Assembly: GCA_023645945.1 (NCBI GenBank)
Contig: JALAIB010000017.1
Coordinates: 1-48,569 of the forward strand
DNA from: Diploschistes diacapsis
Taxonomy: Eukaryota
DNA length: 48,569 bases
Direction: 5' to 3'
Positions 26,200-39,110 of the stretch are shown piece by piece. Each line of letters opens with the position of its first letter. Position 1 is the stretch's first letter. The notes under the pieces were generated by a model. That model made no database searches and was not told where the DNA came from. It saw nothing but the letters and a program-made list of their open reading frames with translations. A program made the position numbers and the translations under genes.

Positions 26200-27760
26200 G
26201 CTTAGTTTTGTTGATTGAATAGAATTTGATACGATGGCAGGATGAGGTTGCAAGTAGTGAAAAATACCTAACAAGCTGTTAGTTGAGTCGTGGGCGTCCG
26301 ATGTCGGCTGTGTGTTGTTGGCATCATCCCAAGTCCGTACGCAAACTTCGAGCCATCCTTCTGCATCCGCGGGAAAGGTCATAGTGCCACGTCGCCAAGA
26401 GTGGAAATACTTCTTGCTGAGCTGACTGTCCGCACCACGTATCAGATGTTCCCGCCGTCGCCGCTGATATCGCTGACAGGCCAATGGCCGCCGCCAGAAT
26501 AAGCCCACCCAGTCATCTTGATCCTGCCATCTTGTATGTCTGAGCCTCACTAGCTGGGTTCATGATAGCTGAAGACACCGGCATCTCGTTGATAGAGAAT
26601 CCGTTGGAGTACCTTACGTTCTGCTTTCTAATCTGCGGAGTGGAGTATAGGTATTCTTTTTCTTCTGCACGGGCCCCTCCACAAGGCTGCTCCGGTGCAT
26701 TAATAGCGTACAGCCATTGGCAGCTCCTTAGCCCAATGTATCCATAAACAACAGCCCGCAGAGGAAATCCGTGTATTCGTGGTAGACGCTTACCGTTCAT
26801 TTTCACATGCAAGGAGCACTTCATGTATCCTCACTTTCCGCCATGGTACGCTTACAGCGTAGTTATAAACTTGGCCCTTCTTGCAGTGCGTGTCGGCGTC
26901 ACAAAACTCAATATGATTCGCGCCTTTCTTGGGACCACCGCAGTGCTTGATCACCTTCTTGAGACTCCCTCTAGTCCAAACTGCCGCAGAAATCGCTCCC
27001 TCGCTCCATGGCGCATTGATTAGCTCGTTACCATGGCATTCGTTGATCTGCTCGATGCGTCTAGTGCCCGAATACTGCAGAGTGATCACATTTGTCTAGC
27101 GCGGAAACAGCTCCTCGTTCTTGGAGGTCCGCCATCGTCAGATGCTAAGGCTTTTTACCAGGGAACCAAGATTGAGAAAGAACGCATCCTGCTCGATTTC
27201 GGGAATAGGCCCCTGATTCCGCACAAAGATATTCTCATTGGGGGTGAATTTGTTTTTGATGAGGCGATCCTGGCAGATGTTAGTTATACTTACTACAGAA
27301 TGTAAGCAGAAAAACCTACGTGAGGTGGCTCCCCATTGTACGGAAATTGCAAGACATGTATCATGTCTACCAACTTCTCTTGGAGCACATACCGCCAACT
27401 TGCGTTTGGGAGGTTCTTGAGCGACTCCCCCAAAGCATAATGGTACTGCTTCTACCTAGACCCTTCCAAGATTGTGTTTGAATTTGGAAGAGGCTGAAAT
27501 TGGCACTTGGGAATCTGGGGCCTCATTCGATTTGTGAGCTCATCGAGCTCGCCTGGGAGACTTACATTGTCGAATTTGTACGTTGAGAGAAGCTTAGCAG
27601 CCTTCTCTTTCTTTTCAGGGTACTTCTCCCCTCAACGTAGCCACGCAGCCCTCTCGCTCTTCTGGGAAGATATCAGCAATCGCGTTCGCTGAGAGAACTT
27701 TGGAAAGTTGACTGGAACCTAAGTGCTTGCTTTAAACACGATTGGACGTAGATACTCCTA
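26200..27760 (-). pseudogene. Sulfite oxidase family molybdoenzyme, disrupted
   Basis: Recognisable segments: GYVEGEKYPEKKEKA, DMIHVLQFPYNGEPP, TPNENIFVRNQGPIP, TLQYSGTRRIEQ (Mo-ligand Cys reads Tyr), NAPWSEGAI, MNGKRLPRIHGFPLRAVVYGYIGLRS and VRTWDDANNTQPT. Multiple frameshifts and stops. Confidence 0.88.
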
Positions 27761-30603
27761 TTTGAGACAATCACGCAGAGAATGAAAGTTGAAGTACGGG
27801 ATAAGTACGGGATAAGATTCGTAGAAACCAATATAAAGAAATTTGCAAGGTTCAAAAACTTGAAAGCTTCTGCTTAGTTTGATTGGAGGCAGAGATAAGG
27901 TCATCGCAAGTATTGCTCATAACTATCGCGGAGCTGCAATAGCAATAGGTCCAAGATATACACACAGGCAGTGCTTGCTGTTGACGTGCACACCCTTTTG
28001 GCATGGCGAGAGTGTTATGGGAAGCTTCACGAGATACTCCAGTAGGGGAAGCTCCGTTTGCGTTCCTTTCTGACACCATATGTCGCCATGCTGCTGCAGA
28101 CCTGCTACTGTGTTGAGAAGGATGAGAGGTCGGAAACAGCAGGGTAAATGAGAATGAGCAACATCACGGCGAGAGAGCTTTCAAGAGTCATTATGCTGTG
28201 GCAGACCAGTGAAAGGTTCAGTGAGTAGTGAGTGCTAATTTAGCGGTGAGCTCAGCTTAGGTAAGCAGTCCTTTGCCAAGAGACTTCAACAGCTTTCTTC
28301 CAACAATCATCTTAAACACCAAAAAGGAGTGTAAACCATACCCTTTGAACGCGGCAGTAGCGACCATATACGAAACCTAGCCGAATGATATGGTACTGCC
28401 TTTTACTCTCACAACATCTGGGAAGGGCCAGTCTCAACACCACCACCCTTCGATACGCCTGTCAGCGACATCCACTGAATATAACCAGGAGGGTATCGCA
28501 GATAAAAACTTCCAAAATTGCCAGGGCGCCTCCATCCTGGCGAGTCTAAATGGCGAGGTAGTCAAGCAGGCGCGGCGTTCAGGGTGGCAGCTGCATTCAT
28601 CATTAAAAATGGTCCCCCAGAGTAAGTGCGGTGAAGGAGGAAAGCTTCATGTTAGTAGTTGTCTGGTTTGCCTGTCCGTCTTCTCTCTCTTGAATTATCT
28701 CCATGTTGTTTAGCTCGTTTTTTTATGTGAAGATTGTTGACGTGGATGAGTCCTGGTGAGTTGTACAGAGTTCGCGACTAGCTATACAGGAGACTTTTTT
28801 TTGGGGATTTTCTCGAATCTTGCTTGAGTGCCTAAGATAGGGGGGAAACATTCTGGTCCCCACCAAAAATCGCGGTTACGGTGCGGCAACTCTAACAAAA
28901 ACAAGAAAAATAAGAATGAACAAGTTAAATTCTAAAACGTTTTCGCAAAGATATATCGGCTAGAGGAGTACCTTTTTTTTGGTGAATAATGGGGGGCTCT
29001 TAACTACTTTTGGCCGAGTACTGTATGTCGAAGAGCCAACTAATTGGACACACTTGAGGAGCTTTGACAGGTCGAGGAATCAGATCAGATGCCTGCTATG
29101 CTGCAGGATCTACAAGTATAGCATAGGGATAGACAAGAACTAAAGCGCTTCAAAGGAGCAAAGGCATTTATTGAATAATGAAGAAAGAGTAGTGGCAATA
29201 TCAACCAGACAGTTAGAGCATAGTAAGAGTTAATGAGTGGTAATAACCCTCATAGATCTGCTCATTCAACTGTTACTGAGGTACTGGGGTAAAGTCCATT
29301 AGCCCATTGTTTTGGACACTGAACAGAGGTGTCGATATATGTCAGCTTCCATTGTTACCACCTTGTCCAGGCGAGGCCAAGAAAGATACGCTCCCCATTG
29401 AACCCCAAACATAGGAACTCACCATCGTCAAGTCGTTTCAAACTGTGTATTCTATCGTTGCAGTTGAACTCCGGACAGTCGGATGGTAAGCCCTGGCCGT
29501 GCCGGTCTGATACATACCCAGTCAAGTCATATCAAATGGTTCGGTAAAGTAGCTTATTGTCGCCAACGGATGGATCTACAGAAGCAAACACTGTACGCCG
29601 AAATCATCTTAGTTCTGAACGGAGCTACGTAATCAGCATCATATATCGGTCTCGCTCTCCCTGGCTCCCGTCCAAAACTCTGAAAGCAAGTGTGTTCGTG
29701 AAACTTGTACCGGGCCCGACCGAATTGTAGCTGGAGCGCTTACTCTGAACAATTCTATTTCTGCCCGCTAGAAATAAAGTAAGAGCTGTGGTTCTTTTGG
29801 CCGCGGATATTGCACATGATCTGAGGAGCGTCCGGTGAGCATTTATCAAATAGACAAGTCTTTATCAAGTATTATCAGTTCGTTCTGAGTGGCCTTCTTG
29901 GTAAGCAGAGCTGACAACTCACATGCCATACTATTCTCGGTCCAATCGACTTTTCCACGATGCTTGGTTTAGATTACAGCGCAACGATTGACTTGGTTGG
30001 CTCCTGGAAGAGGATCTCATCACCATCCAGCTTAGCTGCACTCTCAGGCAAGCTGAGGGCTTTTGGAAGCCCTGGAATGCGTTTTCGTCCTGGAAAGTCA
30101 AAACGGCCACGCAGTCGAAGTCGACTGCGGCCTGCTGGCCTTTGAAAAGCGTGGCGGGTGTCTTTTAATTTGAGGGCCCGCCGGTGTTGTCATTGACCCC
30201 AGTGCGGTGAATGTAGTGGCGAGTGTGTGAGAGGAAAGTTTTCTGGGCCAGTGATCTCACGAATGACGCGCATATGGGTGTTATCGTAATAATCCATTTA
30301 CTGGTAGGAGGCTAGGATTGTGAAGGTCGTTTCGGTTCGAGAAGCACTGAGGGACTACTCGTGGTTCCAAATGATCTGGGAAGAGATGTCAGTATTTACC
30401 TATGTGGTAGAGGGTCAAGCGATAGATAGTAAGACCCACTTTATGCCCATACAAGAGCGTTAGGGATGCTTCAGGTCAAGTACAAAATAGGTTGAGCTAC
30501 TTGGAGCTCGGCCCAGAACCTTATTAAGTTGGCTTTATAATTGATCTGAAGCATCTCGAGAGCTCTTGTGCGGAAACTCATAAGTTGCCCCCTCACCCAC
30601 CTT

Positions 30604-30641
30604 GATGAGCTTATCGATAGGTATTGCTTGGCAATTTTTTC
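30604..30641. promoter_or_regulatory. PAC-like and RRPE-like motifs upstream of RRB1
   Basis: GATGAGC at 30604-30610 and CAATTTTTTC at 30632-30641 lie about 90-130 nt upstream of the ATG. Confidence 0.3.
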
Positions 30642-30732
30642 TCGCTTAATTGCCGTTATGGTGAAATAAAAAATACATGTCTCGGTCAAAGTATTGGTAC
30701 GATTGTTAGGTCATTATAACCTACACATAGGA

Positions 30733-32416
30733 ATGGCGAAACGAGCAGCAGAACATGAGGAAGCTGTCAAGTCTCCCCTCAAACGAGGGGACCGGCCATT
30801 GCCCAGCGGCGCCGACAAAGATGCGGACAACTTGAACGAGGGCTTTGAAGATGAATTCGAAGATGAATACGAAAGCGAGGATGAGATTTTTGAAGCGGGT
30901 GTCGACGGCAGACCAGATACGGAGCGCGAAGCAGAAGAGAAGGGTACGTGGACCATGCCACACCGGTAGCACTGTGCGGATCCTCGCCCATACTCACTAC
31001 ATCTACTGACCAAGCCTACAGATGCAATGGACGTCGATCAGCAAACCTTCATGATCGGCCGTAACAAACTTGCCGCTGGTGAATCCCTCGCCCCTGACAC
31101 CTCTGCCTACGAGATGCTTCATACCCTGAGTACTACCTGGCCCTGTCTCTCCTTCGACATTCTCCCCGACGAACTCGGCTCCGCCCGCAAAACATACCCC
31201 GCAACCATCTATGCCGTTGCCGGCACCCAAGCCGACTCGAAGCGCTCGCGAGACAACGAGCTTATGGTCATGAAACTCTCTGGCCTCTCCCGTATGGAAA
31301 AGCTGAACGACTCCGACTCCGAAGACTCCGAAGACTCAGGCGACGAATCCGCCGACCCCATTCTCGAAACAAGATCCATCCCTCTTTCCAGCACAACGAA
31401 CCGCATCCGTGCCCACCGTTTTCCAGCTTCCACTTCCGCTATAGCCCCAAAGACGCTGACGGCCATCATGACCGAATCCGCCGATCTCCTAATTCACGAT
31501 ATTACACCCCATCTCACATCCTTTGACGTCCCCGGCACCACTATCTTCCCTCCTCAGAAACAACCCGTTTCAACGCTTAAGCCACACCGCTCTGAAGGCT
31601 ACGCGGTAGCCTGGTCTCCACTCTTTCCTGAGGGCAAGCTCCTTTCCGGCGACAACGATGGCAAAATCTTCCTCTCCTCTCCCTCCGACCCAGGGGCAGG
31701 AAAATGGGTATCCGATACCCGCCCCTTCACAGGCCACACAGGGAGCGTGGAGGACATAGCCTGGTCGCCGAACGAGCGGAACGTTTTTGCCTCCGCTTCG
31801 AGCGACGGCACGGTCAAAGTATGGGACGTGCGAAGCAAGAGCCGCAAGCCCGCCGTGGACGCGAGAGTCGTGGATACGGACGTTAACGTTCTGAGCTGGA
31901 GCAAGCTGACCAACCATCTATTAGCGACGGGCGCAGAGGATGGAAGCTGGGCGGTATGGGATCTGCGACAGTGGAAGCCTGGCGCTGGGTCGACACCAGC
32001 GAACCCTTCCGGTGCATCATCCTCGTCGGCATCTAATAGCGGTGGTCGGTTGCGAACGACACCAGTGGCGTCGTTTGCCTTCCACACGGATCAAATCACG
32101 AGCCTGGAATGGCACCCGACCGATGACAGCATTGTGGCGGTGGCGGGGGGGGATAACACGCTTACGCTGTGGGACCTGGCGGTGGAGCTTGATGATGAAG
32201 AGAGCAGGGATACGGCTGGGGTTGCGGATGTGCCGCCGCAACTACTCTTCGTGCATTATATGGAGGGCGTTAGGGAGCTGCATTGGCACGGGCAGATCCC
32301 CGGAGTAGTTGTGGCGACGGGAAGTGGCGGATTCGGGTACGTATCGTATTTTCCGTCTTCCTCCTCCGCTTGCTAATGTGTCATCGAGCAGGGCGTTCAA
32401 GACTATCAGTGTATGA
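30733..32416 (+). CDS. RRB1: Ribosome assembly WD40 protein RRB1/GRWD1
   Basis: Acidic N-terminus, AYEMLHTLSTTWPCLSFDI, YAVAGTQA, WD repeats (GHTGSVEDIAWSP..VKVWD), LWDLAVELDDEE and PPQLLFVH. Introns 30944-31021 and 32337-32391 give the terminus GFGAFKTISV*. Confidence 0.95.
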
Positions 32417-33409
32417 GGGATACGTCGAAAGGCAGACTGATTAATGAATGCCGGACAGGTGTGGAAACTGTGACGGAGAGAGATACCAGTGAGTCTGAAC
32501 CATGGCCGTGAAGATGTCGAACAACATGTGGCCAGTTCCTCGGAAACCCATTTTCCATCAAACCACTTCTGAAATAGGTACGCAGTGAACAATACCCACA
32601 ACTCACTCCTGGCTCACAAAGACGGTCCAGCGCATCAAGATCGAGCCAGGGAAAGGGCCAGGTAGTCGAGACGCATGTACTTGCCAGAAAAAAAAATTAG
32701 CCAACAAAAGCGTTCATTTTATGCCAGCTCATAGCCTCCGCTTCCGAAGCCACCAGCTTGTTCTACTTCCCATCAACACATCCTCCAATCCTAGTATCCC
32801 TAGTACATGGTCGAACCGACAGGCATCGATATCGTAAAATTTGACATTTTCTCCCCAAGCTCGTAGTCGATTCGAGTTGATTTATACAGTGGGCGGAGGA
32901 CAAGAGGGGAGGGAGGCCCGAACAGCAACATTGTGCGTGGCGCAACAGGCCTCGATAGGAAAACTCCAAACCATGGGAGTCTCTCCTCTCGACGACGCTT
33001 TTCCCCAATCCTTCAATTTTTTTGTTGTGCGCTCTAATTCAGCTCGGTCTATCTATCTAGGTTGCAAGGACCAAGGCCAGTGTGAGGGAGAGGGTCTCTT
33101 TTTTTTTCACACGAGGGAAAAAAAAAAAAAAATAACACGGCATCTGGAGGCAGATGAAATCGTCCCCCCATCTTTGTCGTTGTTGCTGTGCGTCATCTTC
33201 ATCTCTATTGTTGACGGTGTAGAAATCTATATCCATAGCATTCAAAGGAATATCCGCCCAAGCATGATGAGCGAATGACGCTCGCAAGATATCCCAGCCC
33301 AACTGTAGGCGCTTTAAAAGAATTCATGCAGAAAACCCACGATCCAAAGGAGGAAGCGCTAGTCTACCCAAAACTGCAGACCCCCCCCCGTTGAGCCTGA
33401 GCTTGATCA

Positions 33410-35963
33410 TCAGCTCGCAAAAACCCCACGGCTCCCCAGCCACGTCCTCCCTTCGTCCATGCTCCGATTGATCCGCCCGCCTGGGGTGAGCGGCATCTCC
33501 ATCCTTGCCGTTGCGGACACCTCCTCGTCATACTCTCCTACTTCGTCCGCCAGCCGGGAGAAGTAGTCAGCCAGCGCCTCTCGCGGATCGCCGTTGACGG
33601 CAGTCTCGTAGTTTGGCGGCGGCGTGATCAAAGGTGGGGGCATATCCTCGTCCGAGAACGGAGGCGGGTTGAAGGATGGGGCACGAAGGAGATGGATAGG
33701 CCTCGATATCGCGGCACGGGGGTCTGAGATGCCACGGTCGTTCGCCTGGTCATGGACGTAGGCTGCTGGTGGGGGAGCGATGTGGTCTTCACTGTTGCTG
33801 GATGGGAGAGAAGAGGTGGAGGCAGAGGCTTGATTGCGAAGGGAGGAGAGGTTCGTTGTTGCCATATTTAGAGGGAAGTTGCGTCGTCGCGGAGCGCCGG
33901 GGCAGCCGCATTCGGAGTGATCGGTTAGCAGGGTGGAGGATTCGGGAGAGGAATAAGCGGGCAAGGCCATGTTGGCCTGAGTAGCGCGGCAGGAGAGGAT
34001 GTGAAAGGGGGAGTCGATAGAGATTTCAAAGTGGCGATGGCGGGTGGGATCTTGGGTGTCGGGCCGAGAGAGGCGCATTACGATCTAGGGCAAGGGTTAA
34101 TTCGCGAGACAGCCGTTTCAAGGGAGGCACCAACCTTGATCCAGTGTTGCACCTGGATGTTGGTGTAGGTAGTGTCAAAGTGAAGGCGAGCAGCCTTTTC
34201 CCTTTCATCCATCGTCTGACAGCTAGGCAGCTGCACGTTGATCTCCATCTCGGTCGGACCGACGCTGGCGTGCTCGCCCTCTAACGGGCCCAGAAGGTTA
34301 CTGTTGTCTCTCGGGACCGATTCGTCGCCCATAGCTGCAGCTATCCGTGAATCATATTCCACACCGCCGCCCGCAGTGATCCGAAGTGAGCTCCCGGGAT
34401 ATGCGCTTGTGCTGTGTCCACTGGCACATTTCTCAAATAGCTGTATCCGCCTCGTTGGTTCCATGCGATGGACGCGTTTGTTGCTTGTAAAGTATTGTAT
34501 ATTCTCGGTCACAAACACCTTGATGCGATGACACCTAACCTTGGCAAGAGGGGTTAATTTGAAAGCTATCGGAACTTGCGAGCCCAGTGGGAAAGATTTG
34601 CCCGAAATTACGATATCGTAGTGTAGCTGATCTTCCCAGTCTCGGGAGATGGCAATCGGCTCTACCGTTTCCAGTGACCCTTCAGTAGGTGCTCTGATCA
34701 TGACAACTTCCTTGCTACCAACAAGGTTCGCCCGGAAAGCTCCCGCTCTTTCTACGATGGCCTCGAGCTCGTATTTGACGTCTCCCAGCTCGACGTCAAT
34801 AGTCTCGGGCAGCCTCGAGTCAATTGGGAGCTCAAAGTTGTAGATGTAATTGCCTGGCTGGAACGTGTGGTAGCCTTTCTGGGTCACATTCGTTTCATTT
34901 TTGCCGAAACTTTTCGACTGAACCTCTTGTAACGAAAGCCTCTTCATCTCCTTGGGTGTTGGCGTAGCCCCTTTGCTCGGATCTGGCGTTGAACTATTTA
35001 TGCCGGTAAAGATCTCTCGCGTGGTTGCAGTAGCGGATCCTTTAAGTGGCTGAACGTTGTCGGCACCATGGTTGGAATCAGAATTCTGCCAGGCGGCATT
35101 GAAGAATGGCCAGGTATGGTTCATAAGACTCTCGGTGCTCTTGTATTCAGCTCTCTTTGGTGGTATACCTTCTTTACATCAACAATCCATCTTGCAAACA
35201 ACTAGTAATAATTGATCGACAAACCTTCAGGCCACTCCGTTTCGGCTCTGCCTCTGAATTTCAGGTATATCGTCTTGATTTTTGCGGTTTTGGTGACTCT
35301 CAGGTGCAAGCTGCCCCGCAGCATGCTAGTGTTTCTTTCCTCGAAGTCTGCAGGATCGAAACCTTGCAAAAACAATATAGGCTCCGCAAGGTTGATTGAT
35401 ACCGAGACTCCGTTCCCGGAGGCGACAGGCTTGTCGTTTTCGGGAGTTGGGCCAAGTATTGTAGGCTGCGAGCCAGCTATGGGTGTTCCAGGAGCAAGCC
35501 TCACTTCCTCCACCAGGCTCGATCTTTGCGTCATGTTTGTGAGATCGGTAGAAGGGGCTAAGGAGGGGCTGGCGCTATTGTTGCTCACAACGCTGGCGTT
35601 TCGTTCTGAAGCAACTTGAAGGCTGGCCGAGTCGCTCAAGAACGACGTGTGCGCTAGCGAGTGTGCTCCAAGCTCTTGCTCCTGTAGCGGTATGTCCAGC
35701 TTGTTTCTCCGGATGAACTTTCTAATACCCTCCTTCGCGCTGGTTATTTTGGTTGAGGAGTGACTGATCTCCCTTTTCCTTATCCTCCGTCGGCGCTTCG
35801 AAAGCCCGGCTTCCGAAAGAGGTTGCGGACGGCCGACACGCAGGATCTGAGGACGGGTAAGGCGAGGTTGGAAGTAGCCTTGTGGATGTAATAGCTGGAC
35901 AGGTTCTTCGCTCGAATAGTGCACTTGTCCGCGAGGGGCAGGGCTCCTTTGATACTCTGCCAT
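33410..35963 (-). CDS. Alpha-arrestin, HECT/Rsp5 ligase adaptor (Aly1/Aly2/ApyA-like)
   Basis: Motifs: INLAEPILFLQG, LRGSLHLRVTK..LKFRGRAETEWPEG, GNYIYNFELPI, ISRDWEDQLHYDIVISGKSFPLG, HWIK and HFEISIDSPFHILSC, plus PY motifs LPAY and PPNY. Introns 35169-35224 and 34085-34134. The start codon is uncertain. Confidence 0.9.
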
Positions 35964-37199
35964 AGGTAAGGTGTTAGCACGAACGTCAATTGTGGATATG
36001 ATCTCTTGACCAGTGAATTTAGGATCGGAAAAGAGTAGAAGAAATTCCTGAGCAATGCGTAATAAGACCGCTAGTAAGGCATAAAGCAAAGCACCCAGTG
36101 ATGTGTAGCAAGGCGAGTGAGTGATGCGGAATGAGGTAGTCAAGTTAAAGAGATGAGATGAGGGTTGATGTCAAGGCATGGAGACAGAAACTACGGTGAG
36201 ACGGGGTAGGTACCCCTAGCCGGACTTACCAGGAGGCCAAGGTTTGAACGGTGAATGAAGTCAATACAAGTTCAAATTGACGAACCATTCGCTTTGTGAC
36301 TTGGATGCAGGGTAAGGGAAGATAGGTAACTTGGATAGGGTTTGTCGAGCAACGATGAGCGAGCGAATAGGCTATTTGCCATGCCATATACAATAACCAT
36401 TTAGCAATCCTGATTGTGTTGCAAGGACCGATACCGGCTAGGTGATTGTACTGAAGCGAAGGAGCAACGTTCTATCTATCTACATAATCTCCAAGGATGG
36501 CTTAGATGGGCAGCATACGCGGCTGCGGGTCGATGTCGCATCACAGAAGAAAATATTATGTACCACGCCCACACCACACACGCACACACACACTCTCTCT
36601 CCAGGGCCTTTGTATACGCAATTTCATCTCATCCGACTGTAAACTCAGCTGCTTGCGCGGCTGGTGAACCCTGCAACTCCGTCCAAGTCGTGTCGTCGTG
36701 ATAGCTTTGTCGATGCAACGCCAGCACAGCAACCATCATCACATTCTCGTCTTCCTTGTTTTATTGCTTGCCCCACCTCTTAGAAATGAGCGCAACAACA
36801 CCATTGTTGCTCCTTAGGTTGCCCCTTCCGCCCATGCAGTCGCAAGAACCTAATAGATCGGCGATGAAAGGTTGCGACCGTGATGGGATTTCGTGCCAAG
36901 GTGGTTCGGCAATCTACCCCGACGGGCCCGAACCTTTGTCCTTCTCGTCCTTCCGCGCCATCAATCCGGGTGGCTTGTGAGCGCGACCAAGATTGGCTTG
37001 ATGGCCAGCCAGATGTAGCAAGATCGACGTTGCATTTTGCCCAACCTGGGACCATGCCTGTTTGTTTCTTTTCCCGTTGGGTAATGCCGTTCGTTTGATC
37101 AGGATGTAAAACAGTGCCAGGGGCAAAGAGACCGTTTTCCCGGGGGGCGCCACCATGAAATAGAGCAAATATGAGCCTTTCGACTTCGGCATAGTGGCC

Positions 37200-38260
37200 T
37201 TGGATGAGAAATGGGAAAGTAGAGAAATGTTGGATGGCGCTTGGTGCCTGCTAGTGACAATACATGTAGGAAACTATCGAATGTTTCGGCGTCTTTGACC
37301 CCAGCCCAGACAAGCTTCACCTAAAATACTGGTCTAGCAAAAACAAGCTTTGATCCTCATTATTATCTGAAGAATGGTAACAACCCCGCTGCATTGTAAG
37401 CGTTTACATGGACAGGCCTTCCTCGTCCACTCAAAAAATTTCAAGTTTGCTCATCAGGGCATGTAGAGCTAGATGTGGTCCTGCGAGGTTTTGGAAGAAA
37501 ATGTGTAAAGATCACGCAGCTGTATTGGGCCAGACCACTCGAATCCATCATATAGCGAGCACAAAGAACTGGGACGGTTGTCCTCACTACACCCTCCCGC
37601 GCAATCTCGAACATTGATAGTACAGAAGGAGAAGCCAGTTAAAGTAAGGGCCAGCGGTGGATAGAATTAGTGGTCAGTACATTGAGCCTTGAACTCACAG
37701 GCGACGTCCCAGCTCCTTCCATCTCGTCCTCTGTGTCACCGTTTCCTTCCGCGATCTGGCTAAAGCCGCCATATGTTTTGCTGTCCCTTTTGGACGAGCG
37801 CGTACATATAATGTGCTCGGATGCACCTGCCGCATTGGCAGGGGAGGAAGCTAGGACAAGAACGGCAACGTTAATAATGCTGCCAAGGACGGGTATACCA
37901 GCCTTGCGGATAGCAATGACCAAGCCCAGACTGAGCCGAGAAGGGCCTGGGACCCCGTCGCTTTGAGCGGAGAGCAGGTTGGAGTCGTTGCACGGAACCA
38001 CAGAGGTTGCTTAGCTTGCACCTGATGGATCGCGAGACCTCCTAGTAGTCTCCATCCATGCAGCGGCCACCTATTCATATCTGCAGGCGTCTCGTCGCCG
38101 ACATAGGAACGGACTTCACTGAGGTACACGCGTGCCTTCTCCCATTCTGTCATTACGATGACCGATTCCCTGCTCTTTCAGCTCATACTTATACCAGTGT
38201 CGGCAGTGGGTTTGCCGGTATCTTTCGACATCATCGCCACCAAACCAGGGCCTCGACCTA
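37200..38260 (-). pseudogene. Amino-acid permease (APC/YAT family) remnant
   Basis: VPCNDSNLL...VIAIRKAGIPVLGSIINVAVLVLASSPAN matches the permease VPYND..SPFVIAI..AGI..L..IINAVIL pattern. KSVPM upstream and FFQNLA downstream fall in the expected order. Heavily frameshifted. Confidence 0.7.
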
Positions 38261-38499
38261 CGATTCCTCCATGTAGTCGGCTGCCTTTGGATCGAATTCG
38301 CCCGTGCGGGCGGGAGATCGGCTGATTCAACACTCCTAAAGGGTGCAACCTTTTCGGACAGGACAAGCGATGGGAGCACTCGAAGACCGGAGTGCCGTTG
38401 CCTTTGTTGCATGCGAAAATGCGCGTCGACCGAATATGGATCCCGAGTAACGTCGATTCGTCGCATCTGCAGTTAGGCTTTACGAAGTTCCGCGACTTC

Positions 38500-39110
38500 T
38501 ATATCTTTTCAAGAAGGCGGAAAGTTTGCTGCTGCAGAACCGAAGCGGACGGAAGGCTGGAAGACAAGCCGAAAGAACAGCAACAGCTGGTTCAATGAGT
38601 ATCCACAGCGCACGTTCCAGGAGAACTTCTATTCTGGAATCAACTAAGGAGTGATGACAGATCAATTGACTCTTGAAACTTACCTGTACCAGAACCCACA
38701 AAGAAAGATTGAGGGATTCAGTGTCGTTGCCGAGAGACGACTCCTGACCTGTTGCTCCTCGTCAGTGCTCCTAGAGCCGTGTGCTTGTGTTTGGACTTGA
38801 AACACCTCGGGTATGGAGATCTGTTTTGTGGGTGAATCCTTTCCCCGTCGGTGATCGTGAAAGGTACAACCAGCAGTTCCAAGCAAGGCAGCTACCAAGG
38901 AAAGGCTATGTCCTATTCGCTTCATCATACAGCCACTGTTCCATGTACCGCTCCTGCAACACAACCGCACACTTCTGCCACATCAAAGCGCTCGCTTTTG
39001 CCAGGCCTGGAGAGGAAGTTGGACTGCAGCCTCCCCACACCCAGCTTCGTCGAAATGGCGGTTTTCTTATGTTCTTTGACTGGAACTCTGTGTGGTGGTA
39101 GGCCTAAAGC
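38500..39110 (-). pseudogene. Second PTH11-like membrane protein remnant
   Basis: LWILIEPAVAVLSACLPAFRPL matches the family's final-helix motif (W..IE...AVI.ACLP..RPL). Weaker upstream traces (CSP.., DIA..LP) are also visible. Confidence 0.55.
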
